A DNA stretch of 64,000 bases, from positions 20,398,001-20,462,000 of the forward strand of contig NC_043006.1 in the NCBI RefSeq assembly GCF_006345805.1. The letters run 5' to 3'. Numbering within the stretch: position 1 is the stretch's first letter; every line of letters starts with the position of its first letter. The notes below the pieces were generated by a model. The model ran no database searches and was not told the DNA's origin. It was given only the letters and a program-made list of their open reading frames with translations. The stretch comes from Octopus sinensis. Taxonomy: Eukaryota. A program made the translations under genes and the position numbers. Of this stretch, positions 38,991 through 51,447 are shown one piece after another.

Positions 38991-40812
38991 AAACAAAATG
39001 GGGTGGAAGGGCGGGAAGTTTTCAGATTCAAGATTTCTTGCTGATGTTTGTAGCAAAAACGAACATTTAAATACAAGTACTTGGCATGATATTTCATCTG
39101 ATATTGCTGAAATGCCAACGCAACGAGGGCACTTCAAGATCTTGCAGTAACAGCTTCTAATCACTAAGTGAATAAATAAATAAATAAATAAATAAATACA
39201 AAAAAAAAAGGAAAAACAAATAATTATAACTTGATCTGGTCTTATTGGATTGCCATTGAAAATTAAGTGTTTGCTTCTCAAGATAAATTCTGAAGAGATT
39301 ACCAGATAATCTCCAAGAGTGCAGGTTTTACTAACATGTGTTCTCATGTACACACTATGTATCACATTTTGGTGCAAACATTTTTTTTAAAACACATTTA
39401 TTCTTTTAATTTTTTTACATGTTTCAGTCATTTGACAGTGGCCATTCTGGAGCACTGCCTTAAATGGATTTAGTAAAAAAAAAAAAAAAAAGTCAACCCC
39501 AGGACTTATTCTTTGTAAGCTTAATATTTATTCTATCAGTTTCTTTTGCTGAACTGCTAGGTTATGGGGGCATAAACACACTAACATCACTTGTCAAGCG
39601 ATGGTGGGGGTGGGGGCAAACACAGACACAAAGACACACACACCTAAATATACATTTAAAAGCTGATGGTAATGATGATGGGGTGGGGGAGGGGGATTCT
39701 TTCATGTGTGAACCACGAACCATGCTTATAATTTTTTTACTTGATAGAAAATTCCCGCTTCGACCTGATTGTAGGACCTCTTGAATTTACCTTTAATCCA
39801 TGCAAAAAATTCCCAAAGGTTACATTCCCAAGAATATTGAGGCGGGCCACATAGTTGTTTTCACATTTGATTTTGATGCCACAGATATCAAAGGAAATTT
39901 CATTCCTCACATTGGTCTGCATTCTTCACTCTTGACTACATCCTAGACTGCAACTGCGGGATACTAGTTCAGATAATGATGCTAATTTCATACACTGGAG
40001 AAGTATTGAAGTGTTGATTCTTGATAGCTTCAATATCTCTGCTTAATTCAATACTAGGCCAAAAATCTTTTCCAGAATAAAACAAAGAATGTCTGACTAA
40101 CTACTCCTATTTTAAGAAACCTTATAGGTAAGCCAAATACAGCCGGACTCAAGAAAATGGTATTCTTTGCAAGAATACTGTTTGACCTGAAGTATCCAAC
40201 AAGCAAATCAATGGAGAAAGTGTTCATGATAATGGCCATTACTGCTAAATGCAATTACTAAAAGTTTGATTTGTGGTGACCTGGCTATTCATGCAATATC
40301 AAAGATGACATTCACAGACATTCTAAATGTATATAGAAGTAAAATATTTTTATATATTGCATTCTTAGTTCAGAGTCAGAACCCTTAACTTTTGTACACA
40401 ATAGATGTGACGATACACTGTACATGAGCCCAGGAGTCTAAAATATAGTTTGACTTAAGAAAATAGTACTTTTTTGCAAGGGTGATTGTATTATTCAACC
40501 CGAAATATCCAAAAATCAAATCAATGAAGAACATGTTCATGATAATGTCCATTACTGCAATAAGCAATTGCCAAAAGCTTGGTGGCCTGGCTATTCATAA
40601 ATGTTCTAAATGTATATATATATTGGTTAAAGATATTTTTAAAAACTTCATTCATAGTCCAAAGAATCAGTTTCCTGGACATTTGTACACAATAGGTATG
40701 GTACATTGCGTACATGAGCCCAAGAGTCTAAAAATTACAGAAATATATGACTAACAACAATGAGTTACAGATACTGTATGGACCATAGTCATTAGTTTAC
40801 ATTTTATTAATA

Positions 40813-41207
40813 CTAGCAGTATCGCCTGGCGTTGCTTGCGTTTGTTTCGACCTTTTAGAATTGGAATTTATGAAAAGTAAAAATTTTGCATTATGTAGCT
40901 TGTTATTCTCCTTAAATGAACATTTTTCTGGTTGAAATACACTGAAAAATGGTGACACAGGAGTCAAAAAAAATCGTAAAAAATAGGAATTTTCATAGAA
41001 AAAAAAGCACCTTTTTGATGCAAATAATTTTTGGTATTATCATAGTCCGATTTGAATTTTTTCTTCTATGGAAGGAAGAGCAAGCCTTCTATCATATTCT
41101 CAATTTGGTCAACTTGCGCTGCAGGGTCTCGGAGGGGATCGTGCTAGTTGAAGGCTACCAAACCTGCCATACACAGACGACTTCAGCTTTATATATATAG
41201 AGAGAGA
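40813..41207 (-). mobile_element. Non-autonomous Helitron (different family from 32713)
   Basis: Minus strand: A|TCTCTCTCTATATATATAAAGCTGAAG 5' end; 3' ...gcaacgccaggcgatactgCTAG|T with a degenerate hairpin. Confidence 0.75.
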
Positions 41208-42739
41208 TTGGATATAGGTGCAGGCATGGTTGTTTCATTAAGAAGTTAGCTTTCCAGCCATGTGGTTTTGGATTCAATCTCATTGCATGGGTACCTTGGG
41301 CAAGTGTCTGCTACTTTAGCTCTGGGCTGATCAATGCCTTATGAGTGGATTTGCAAGACAGAAACAGCCTTTTCTCCCCCAACTAAATGGTAAGTGTTAC
41401 TATTTCACAGGTACAAGTATCCTTAGTGCAATTTTCAGGTGGGATCAGTGAAATGCATTGTGATGAAGCTTGGCTTTTTGAATTACAGGCAGAGTTCAGT
41501 TGACCTTGGCATGGTTTGCATATAGAACATGGAGGGAGGGATGGAGGGAGGAGAGAGAGAGAGAGGTAGAGAGAGAGAGGTCAAATACTGCAAAAAGCAT
41601 TCTGTGAAATGCTTTATCATATCTCCCAATTTGCTACTTTGAAGGACATACAACTAAAATGCTAAGGTCAACATCCACATGCACATTCTCTAGAAACATA
41701 TAGGTTTGTTTTATAATAATAATAATATGAGGAAACAAAAACAACACAAAGAATTTTGAAAATATGATTAAAAAAGGAAGAAAAAAACAAAGACACGGGG
41801 GAAAAGACTCGAAACCAAAGAATGAAACGAAATAGTTGTGGTAGTGAGTGAAATCTATAGTGCCTGACAGAATTCCTCGAGTTCTAAAAACTTATGCTCT
41901 CTAGACATGCTATGTTGGCAGACTTAACCATAGCATGCTCTATCTTCAGAATCTATCTCAGATTGCAAACAAATATGACACAATCTCTAACATTGCTCTT
42001 TAGTTGCTTTTTTTTGTTTCTTTTGTTTGTTTGTTTTTTTTTGTTTCTTTTTCTGTCTAAAGTTATGCCACATGTAGACGAAGAAAAATAGGAAGAATTT
42101 TGGCTAGACATGAATAAAGGGAAGGAGTGAGTGAGAGAGAGAGAGAGAGAGAGAAACCACCTAGATCTTGGCTTGTGAAAGAAAACAGCTAATGTATTTC
42201 ATATGAGAGTAACTTTGATGTATGCTTTGAGAAAGTGGAAAAGAGAGAGAGAAAGAAAGAAGGACAGAGGAAGAGAGACAGAGAAAAAAGAAAAAAAGGA
42301 CAAAATGATAGAGAGAGTGTGAGAGTGCATGCGTGTGTGTGTGCGTGTGTGCATTAACCCTTTATCACAAAGAACAATTAAAAAAAAACCACAATTATAA
42401 TAATTGTTTCTGATACAAGCAAAAGACCAGCAATTATGAGAAAAAGAAAAGGGTGGGGGCACTTTGAGTGGTACTTTATTTCATTGATTCTAAAATGACA
42501 GAACTTTGGTAAGATTTGATCTTAGAGAATAAACAGCCAGAAAAAATACTGCAAGGCATTTTCGTTTGATGCCCTAATAATTCTGTCAATCCACCTCTCC
42601 AATAAAAAATATTGGTTTCAAATTTTGGCACAAGGCCAGCAGTTCTAGAGAAGGGGATTAGTTGATTATATCGATCTCAGTGCTCAAAGTGCTCAACTGG
42701 GACTTTTCTCAACCCTGAAAGGGATGTAGCCAGTCCACT

Positions 42740-43177
42740 TATGCATACCTTTCCTTCTTGGGACACAAAACTCTACTTGTGAAGACCTGTTGAGGCAAGT
42801 GAGAATCAGAATCGAAATCGATTGACATCAATGGAAATTGTAGCTGTGATACCAGTGCCGGTGGCACGTAAGCAAACCATCCGAACGTGGCCGTTGCCAG
42901 CGCCACCCCGACGGGCCCCCGTGCTGGTGGCATGTAAAAAGCACCATCCGACCGTGGCCATTTGCCAGCCCCGTCTGGCACCTGTGCTGTGGGACGTAAA
43001 AAGCACCTACTACACTCAAGGAGCAGTTGGCATTAGGAAGGGCATCCAGCCGTAGAAACATTGCCAGATCAGACTGGGCCTGGTGCAGCCTTCTGGCTTC
43101 CCAGACTCCAGTTGAACTGTCCAACCCATGCTAGCATGGAAAGCGGACGCTAAATGATGATGATGATGATGATGATG
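42740..43177 (+). mobile_element. RTE-tail non-autonomous element with internal short tandem repeats, (GAT)n tail
   Basis: ...gtaaaaagcacc...aggaagggcatccagccgtagaaac...catgctagcatggaaagcggacgctaaatgatgatgat. Confidence 0.82.
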
Positions 43178-43984
43178 AAAGGATGAAAGGCAAAGTCGAC
43201 CTTGGTGGTATTTGAACTCCAAATCTTGGCTACTATTTATTCTACTGATCCCCAAAAGGATGAAAGGTAAAGCTGACTTTGGCAGCATTTGAACTCAGAA
43301 CAGAGAGAGTCAGAAGAAATGCTGTGCTTCTGCCATTTCACCTTTCTCTATTATTTGGCAGAATTGTTAGCACACAGGGCAAAATGCTTAGCGCTATTTT
43401 GTTCGTCTTTACATTCTGAGTTCAACTTCTGCTCAGGTCAACTTTGCTTTGCATGCTTTCGGGGGTTCATAAAATGAGCAGCAGTTGAGTACAGGAGGCG
43501 GTCAATGTAATTAATTGACTTACCCAGCTCTTCCAAAATTACAGGCCTTGTGCCAAAATTGGAAACCATCATTACTATTATTACTATTATTATTATATTA
43601 TTATTATTATTATTGATAATGAATAAAACACAGACAACAAGCAACAAATAAATAAAATGAAAATGAAAAGTAATCACTCGCAAAGTCAAACTATATTTGT
43701 CACATCTGTGAGACATTAACAAAAATATACAAAGACTGCCATTCCATATTAGTCTTGGAGAAATAACTGTTCACTCTCACTGCCACCCAAATCCCTCCCT
43801 CCCTCCCCCTTCCATTAGCAACTCTTGTGCTTTTGACAGATTCCTTGCCATTACTGTTAGCTTTTTAATGAAACTCAATTTAAAATAACATGACTTCTAT
43901 ATCAACATGGCTGACAGCATTATTGTATTATAAACAATAAGTTGATTATACACGAACAAATTACTAAAACAAAAGGGTTTTCAG

Positions 43985-44125
43985 TTTGTGTGTGTGTGTG
44001 TGTGTGTGTTGTGCATGTGTGTGTGTGTTGTGCATGTGTGTGTGTGTGTGTTGTGCATGTGTGTGTGTGTGTGTTGTGCATGTGTGTGTGTGTGTGTTGT
44101 GCATGTGTGTGTGTGTGTGTCAGAG
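43985..44125. repeat. (TG)n with periodic TTGTGCA interruptions
   Basis: Repeated tgtgtgtgttgtgca units directly upstream of the SINE array. Confidence 0.85.
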
Positions 44126-44187
44126 AGATAGAGAGACAGAGAAAGAGAGGTTTTGTTTCAAGTTTCACATCCAACCATCACTATATC

Positions 44188-47100
44188 TATTTCTTTATTG
44201 CCCACAGGGGGCTAAACATAAAGGGGACAAACAAGGAGAGACAAAGGGATTAAAGTCGATTACATCGACCCCCCCCCCCCCCAGTGCGAAACTGGTACTT
44301 TTATTTATCGACCCCGAAAGGATGTAAGGCAAAGTCGACCTTGGCGGAATTTGAACTCAGAACGTAACGGCAGACGAAATACCAATCTCTTTACTACCCA
44401 CAAGGGGCTAAACACAGAGTGAACAAACAAGGACAGACAAAGGGATTAAAGTCGATTACTCGACCCCCAGTGCGAAACTGGTACTTTTATTTATCGACCC
44501 CGAAAGGATGTAAGGCAAAGTCGACCTTGGCGAATTTGAACTCAGAACGTAACGGCAGACGAAATACCAATTTCTTTACTACCCACAAGGGGCTAAACAC
44601 AGAGTGAACAAACAAGGACAGACAAAGGGATTAAAGTCGATTACATCGACCCCCAGTGCGAAACTGGTACTTTTATTTATCGACCCCGAAAGGATGTAAG
44701 GCAAAGTCGACTTGGCGGAATTTGAACTCAGAACGTACGACAGACGAAATACCAATTTCTTACTACCCACAAGGGGCTAAACACAGAGTGAACAAACAAG
44801 GACAGACAAAGGGATTAAAGTCGATTACATCGACCCCCAGTGCGAAACTGGTACTTTTATTTATCGACCCCGAAAGGATGTAAGGCAAAGTCGACCTTGG
44901 CGGAATTTGAACTCAGAACGTAACGGCAGACGAAATACCAATTTCTTTACTACCCACAAGGGGCTAAACACAGAGTGAACAAACAAGGACAGACAAAGGG
45001 ATTAAAGTCGATTACATCGACCCCCAGTGCGAAACTGGTACTTTTATTTATCGACCCCGAAAGGATGTAAGGCAAAGTCGACCTTGGCGGAATTTGAACT
45101 CAGAACGTAACGGCAGACGAAATACCAATTTCTTTACTACCCACAAGGGGCTAAACACAGAGTGAACAAACAAGGACAGACAAAGGGATTAAAGTCGATT
45201 ACATCGACCCCCAGTGCGAAACTGGTACTTTTATTTATCGACCCCGAAAGGATGTAAGGCAAAGTCGACTTGGCGGAATTGAACTCAGAACGTAACGACA
45301 GACGAATACCAATTTCTTACTACCCACAAGGGGCTAAACACAGAGTGAACAAACAGGACAGACAAAGGGATTAAAGTCGATTACATCGACCCCCAGTGCG
45401 AAACTGGTACTTTTATTTATCGACCCCGAAGGATGTAAGGCAAAGTCGACCTTGGTGGAATTTGAACTCAGAACGTAACGACAGACGAAATACCAATTTC
45501 TTTACTACCCACAAGGGGCTAAACACAGAGGGGACAAACAAGGACAGACAAAGGGATTAAAGTCGATTACATCGACCCCTCCCCCAGTGCGAAACTGGTA
45601 CTTTTATTTATCGACCCCGAAAGGATGTAAGGCAAAGTCGACCTTGGCGGAATTTGAACTCAGAACGTAGCGACGGACGAAATACCTATTTATTTACTAC
45701 CCACAAGGGGCTAAACACAGAGGGGACAAACAAGGACAGACAAAGGGATTAAAGTCGATTACATCGACCCCTCCCCCAGTGCGAAACTGGTACTTTTATT
45801 TATCGACCCCGAAAGGATGTAAGGCAAAGTCGACCTCGGCGGAATTTGAACTCAGAACGTAGCGGCAGACGAAATACCTATTTATTTACTACCCACAAGG
45901 GGCTAAACACAGAGGGGACAAACAAGGACAGACAAAGGATTAAAGTCGATTACATCGACCCCCCCCCCCCCCAGTGCGAAACTGGTACTTTTTTATCGAC
46001 CCCGAAAGGATGTAAGGCAAAGTCGACCTTGCGGAATTTGAACCAGAACGTAACGGCAGACGAATACCAATCTCTTTACTACCCACAAGGGGCTAAACAC
46101 AGAGTGAACAAACAGGACAGACAAAGGGATTAAAGTCGATTACATCGACCCCCAGTGCGAACTGGTACTTTTATTTATCGACCCCGAAAGGATGTAAGGC
46201 AAAGTCGACCTTGGCGGAATTTGAACTCAGAACGTAACGGCAGACGAATACCAATTTCTTTACTACCCACAAGGGGCTAAACACAGAGTGAACAAACAAG
46301 GACAGACAAAGGGATTAAAGTCGATTACATCGACCCCCAGTGCGAAACTGGTACTTTTATTTATCGACCCCGAAAGGATGTAAGGCAAAGTCGACCTTGG
46401 CGGAATTTGAACTCAGAACGTAACGACAGACGAAATACCAATTTCTTTACTACCACACCCAAGGGGCTAAACACGAGTGAACAAACAAGGACAGACAAGG
46501 GATTAAAGTCGATTACATCGACCCCCAGTGCGAAACTGGTACTTTTATTTATCGACCCCGAAAGGATGTAAGGCAAAGTCGACCTTGGCGGATTTGAACT
46601 CAGAACGTAACGACAGACGAATACCAATTCTTTACTACCCACAAGGGGCTAACACAGAGTGAACAACAAGGACAGACAAAGGGATTAAAGTCGATTACAT
46701 CGACCCCTCCCCCAGTGCGAAACTGTACTTTTATTTATCGACCCCCGAAAGATGTAAGGCAAAGTCGACCTTGGCGAATTTGAACTCAGAACGTAGCGAC
46801 GGACGAAATACCTATTTATTTACTACCCACAAGGGGCTAAACACAGAGTGAACAAACAAGGACAGACAAGGGATTAAAGTCGATTACATCGACCCCCAGT
46901 GCGAAACTGTACTTTTATTTATCGACCCCCGAAAGATGTAAGGCAAAGTCGACCTTGGTGGTATTTGAACTCCAAATCTTGGCTACTATTTATTCTACTG
47001 ATCCCCAAAAGGATGAAAGGTAAAGCTGACTTTGGCAGCATTTGAACTCAGAACGTAACGGCAGACGAATACCAATTTCTTTACTACCACAAGGGGCTAA

Positions 47101-48241
47101 ACACAGAGTGAACAAACAAGGACGACAAAGGGATTAAAGTCGATTACATCGACCCCCAGTGCGAAACTGGTACTTTTATTTATCGACCCCGAAAGGATGT
47201 AAGGCAAGTCGACCTTGGCGGAATTTGAACTCAAACGTAACGGCAGACGAAATACCAATTTCTTTACTACCCACAGGGGGCTAAACACAGAGTGAACAAC
47301 AAGGACAGACAAAGGGATTAAAGTCGATTACATCGACCCCCAGTGCGAAACTGGTACTTTTATTATCGACCCCGAAAGGATGTAAGGCAAAGTCGACCTG
47401 GCGGAATTTGAACTCAGAACGTAACGACAGACGAAATACCAATTTCTTTACTACCACAAGGGGCTAAACACAGAGTGAACAAACAAGGACGACAAAGGGA
47501 TTAAAGTCGATTACATCGACCCCCAGTGCGAACTGGTACTTTTATTTATCGACCCCGAAAGGATGTAAGGCAAAGTCGACCTTGGTGGAATTTGAACTCA
47601 GACGTAACGACAGACGAAATACCAATTTCTTTACTACCCACAAGGGGCTAAACACAGAGGGGACAAACAAGGACAGACAAAGGGATTAAAGTCGATTACT
47701 CGACCCCTCCCCCAGTGCGAAACTGGTACTTTTATTTATCGACCCCGAAAGGATGTAAGGCAAGTCGACCTTGGCGGATTTGAACTCAGAACGTATCGAC
47801 GGACGAATACCTATTTATTTACTACCCACAAGGGGCTAAACACAGAGGGGACAACAAGGACAGACAAAGGGATTAAAGTCGATTACATCGACCCCTCCCC
47901 CAGTGCGAAACTGTACTTTTATTTATCGACCCCGAAAGGATGTAAGGCAAAGTCGACCTCGGCGGAATTTGAACTCAGAACGTAGCGGCAGACGAAATAC
48001 CTATTTATTTACTACCCACAAGGGGCTAAACACAGAGGGGACAACAAGGACAGACAAAGGGATAAAGTCGATTACATCGACCCCTCCCCCAGTGCGAAAC
48101 TGGTACTTTTATTTATCGACCCCGAAAGGATGTAAGGCAAAGTCGACCTTGGCGGAATTTGAACTCAGAACGTAGCGACGGACGAAATACCGCTGAACAT
48201 TTCACTTGGTGCGCCAACATGTCTGGTAGCTCGCCGCCTTT
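44188..48241 (-). repeat. Tandem array of 21 x ~187-bp SINE C bodies with a single 5' head
   Basis: Period 187 (for example 44934 to 45121); 21 occurrences of the ggctaa(a)c motif; one diverged head at about 48190-48241. Confidence 0.95.
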
Positions 48242-49087
48242 AGCATATCAATGCTCATTCGAATTCGCTATCTCAGACGTATGAATTTCATAACATTTTC
48301 AATGTTCTAAAATATGTGTAGATATACACACATGCATGCATACATGTATGCATATACACACACACACACACACACTTATATAAGTTGTACGTTGGAAGGG
48401 TCATATTGCCAATTAAGATACATGCACTGATTGTATTTCACTTCAGCTCTATCAATTGGCAGCATGAACCTCTCAATCAAATGATGAAAGAACAGGAGTG
48501 ATGTAATCACTTTCATTGGCTTACAGATGTTTCTGCAACAAGAACAACTGCACTCAGTTCTGAGTGCAATACTACTTATGAGAGAAACAGCTGTATGCTG
48601 CTGAAAGTGATTATGTAACTCCTGTCCTTTTGCCATTCAATTGATATATGTAAACACATACACACACACACACACAACACAGGTATGAGTGTGTGGTTAA
48701 GAAGTTACTTTCTCAACCACTTGAGTAAATAGCTTGAGGCCAGTCAAAGCCTTAGAAAAGTATTTGGTAGACAGAAAAGGAAATCTGCCATATTGCTATG
48801 TGTGTATGTGTGTGTGTGGTGTGTGTGTGCATGCAGATGTGTGTCCCTGCATGTTAGTTTACAACTGCTGCTTGCTTATTCAAATGTCACGATGTTCATG
48901 TGATATTCTGTTGGTATTTTTTGGTTTCCTTTCAATGAATTGCTTGCTTGGTTCATGCTTTCAAACATGTGCAGAATAAGAGATCTCTTACTTCAAAAAC
49001 CAGTAAGGGTTAGGGACAGGAAGGACATCCAGCATTCAAAAATAGACAAAGTGAACAAGCAAAAATATATACATGCACACACATACA

Positions 49088-49166
<79 letters not shown>

Positions 49167-49272
49167 GCCTGCTCACTTAGCCAGTGAGGTGGTGTCATTT
49201 GTAGGCTAAAATAATGTGAAGCGCATTGTGACCAGCAATGTGTAGCAACATCTGATAGCCTGGTCGGTCACG

Positions 49273-49316
<44 letters not shown>

Positions 49317-49344
49317 CACACACACATACATATATATATACATC

Positions 49345-49645
49345 ATGTGATCACGTGACCGACCAGACCATCAGATCTTGCTACACATCATTGGTCACAA
49401 TGCGCTTTGCATTGTTTTACCCTTCAAATGATGCCACTCCGCTGGCTAAGCGAGCAGGCCAAACAGAAAGAGAAAGTTGTGGCGAAAGATTACAGCAGGG
49501 ATCACCACCACCCTCTGCTGGAGCCTCATGGAGCTTTAAGTGTTTTCAATCAATAAACACTTACAACGCCCGGTCTGGAAATCGAAACCACGATCCTACA
49601 ACCGCGAGTCTGATGCCCTAACCACTGGGCCATTGCGTCTCCACA
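49345..49645 (-). mobile_element. SINE family B, tail type b
   Basis: Minus-strand head ggagacgcaatggcccagtggttagggcatc; faces a plus-strand tail-b fragment at 49165-49277. Confidence 0.85.
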
Positions 49646-49678
49646 TATATATATATATATACACATACACACACACAC

Positions 49679-49721
<43 letters not shown>

Positions 49722-49989
49722 TACATATGTACATTTATATATATAAAACACATATATATGTAAGATATAATCATGTGTAGGCATATATACATACACACGC
49801 ACACACACACATAAATTTATTCCTGCGTATTTCTATACATACAGATACAGACACAGAACTGTGTCATTCAGCAACACAATTCATAGCAGACATTGTCTTG
49901 AAACTCCTACTCATATGCACTTTAAAATTCTATGTACAACTGTCTGTCTGTCTGTCCATGTGTATATGTGTGTGTGTGCACTTCAATTT

Positions 49990-50374
49990 TTATCTTATCT
50001 TTTACATGTTTCAGTCATTAGACTGCAGCCAATGCTGGGGTACTGCTTTGAAAACCTTTTAGTCAAATGAATCGACCCCAGTACTTACATTCTTTTAAGC
50101 TTGGTGCTTATTCTGTCGATCTCTTTTGCTGAACCGCTAGAGTCATGGGGACACAAACACACCAACAATGGTTGTCAATCAATGGAAAGGGACAAACACA
50201 AAGACAAACACACATATGGCTTCTTTCAGGTTCTATCTACCAAGTCCACTCACATGGCTTTGGTTGACCTGAGGCTATAGCAGAAGACACCTGCCTAAGG
50301 TGCCACATGATGGAACTGAACTTGGAACCATATAGCTGGGAAGCAAGTTTCTTACCACGCAGCCATGCCTGCGC
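49990..50374 (-). mobile_element. SINE family A, diverged full-length copy
   Basis: Both halves are present; the internal microsatellite is reduced. Confidence 0.8.
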
Positions 50375-50812
50375 ATATTCACACAGCCATGCATGGACTA
50401 TATGTATGTCCTTGCAAACTTTTTTTCGCATTTTTTTGATAATGAGGGAAAGCAGTCCTAGTAACTCTTACATAGGAGGGGGGGGGCATAGGCATTATTC
50501 TCAAACCAAAGACCTAGCTGAAATGCTTGCAAAAGAACAGATATTATTAAAGGTACTCAAGGTAGCAGGTGATGATATTAAAATGAAAGATTAAGCCTAT
50601 TATAGCAGGATTTGAACTTAGAACACAAAAAATAGAAACAAATGCTGTGAAACATCTGGTCTCACATTCTTATGGTTCTGCCAATCCACTGTTCTGGATT
50701 GGCAATATCTCATTCACCCTGAAAAGTCAACAAAACCTGTGAGATACACAGCTGATTCCAAGATAATGACAAAGGAAAAGAAATATAATTTTTAAGATAA
50801 ATGTTTACTTAC

Positions 50813-51032
50813 TGCTTAAGTGACTCCCTGGTAGACAAGGATGACTGCCTGAGCTACAAGTGGGAGTGAGAGGGGTTCCATCTTTGCCTTTCTGACGTGT
50901 CTCTTCAGATAGAGTCCGCTGTAACCTTCGATAGCCATAGTGTAGAGCCAACGGGAGATCTTCCCGTGACTTCCTTTGAAGTGTCGATGGAGAGGGCAGT
51001 GGTGACTGTGAAGAGGGGGTACCATAGTCTGA
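50813..51032 (-). CDS. MAST: MAST-family Ser/Thr kinase, N-terminal coding exon (220 nt, phase 0 to 1)
   Basis: Minus strand: acceptor atttatttattttccag|TCAGAC, donor AAGCA|gtaagt. Reads SDYGTPSSQSPLPSPSTLQRKSREDLPLALHYGYRRLQRTLSEETRQKGKDGTPLTPTCSSGSHPCLPGSHLS. LQRTLSEE resembles LQRQLSQD of vertebrate MAST2 (recalled). Exit phase matches the exon at 36847. Confidence 0.88.
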
Positions 51033-51145
51033 CTGGAAAATAAATAAATAAAGGAGATTAAAGAGGCTAACTCCAATAACTTGGATTACTGGTTCAAAAC
51101 ACAACAGGGAAAGAAAAATAGTGAAATCAAAGTACATAACCACAT

Positions 51146-51447
51146 CATCATCATCATCATTTAGCGTCCGTTTTCCATGCTAGCATGGGTTGGACGGTTC
51201 AACTGGGGTCTGTGAAGCCGGAAGGCTGCATCAGGCCCAGTCAGATCTGGCTGTGTTTCTACGGCTAGATGCCCTTCCTAACGCAAACCACTCCGTGAGT
51301 GTAGTGGGTGCTTTTTACGTGCAACCCGCACAGGTGCCAGGCGAGGCTGGCAACAGACGCGAGCGGATGGTGCTTTTACGTGCCACTGGCACGGGGGCCA
51401 GGCGAGGCTGGCAACGGACACGAACGGATGGTGCTTTTACGTGCCAC
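51146..51447 (-). mobile_element. RTE-tail element about 115 bp upstream of the MAST exon acceptor
   Basis: catcatcatttagcgtccgttttccatgctagcatggg...ggatggtgcttttacgtgcc repeats. Confidence 0.82.

Noticed and set aside
44188-48241. CRISPR-like array
   Set aside because: Eukaryotic context; the units are whole near-identical SINE bodies with no unique spacers and no cas genes.
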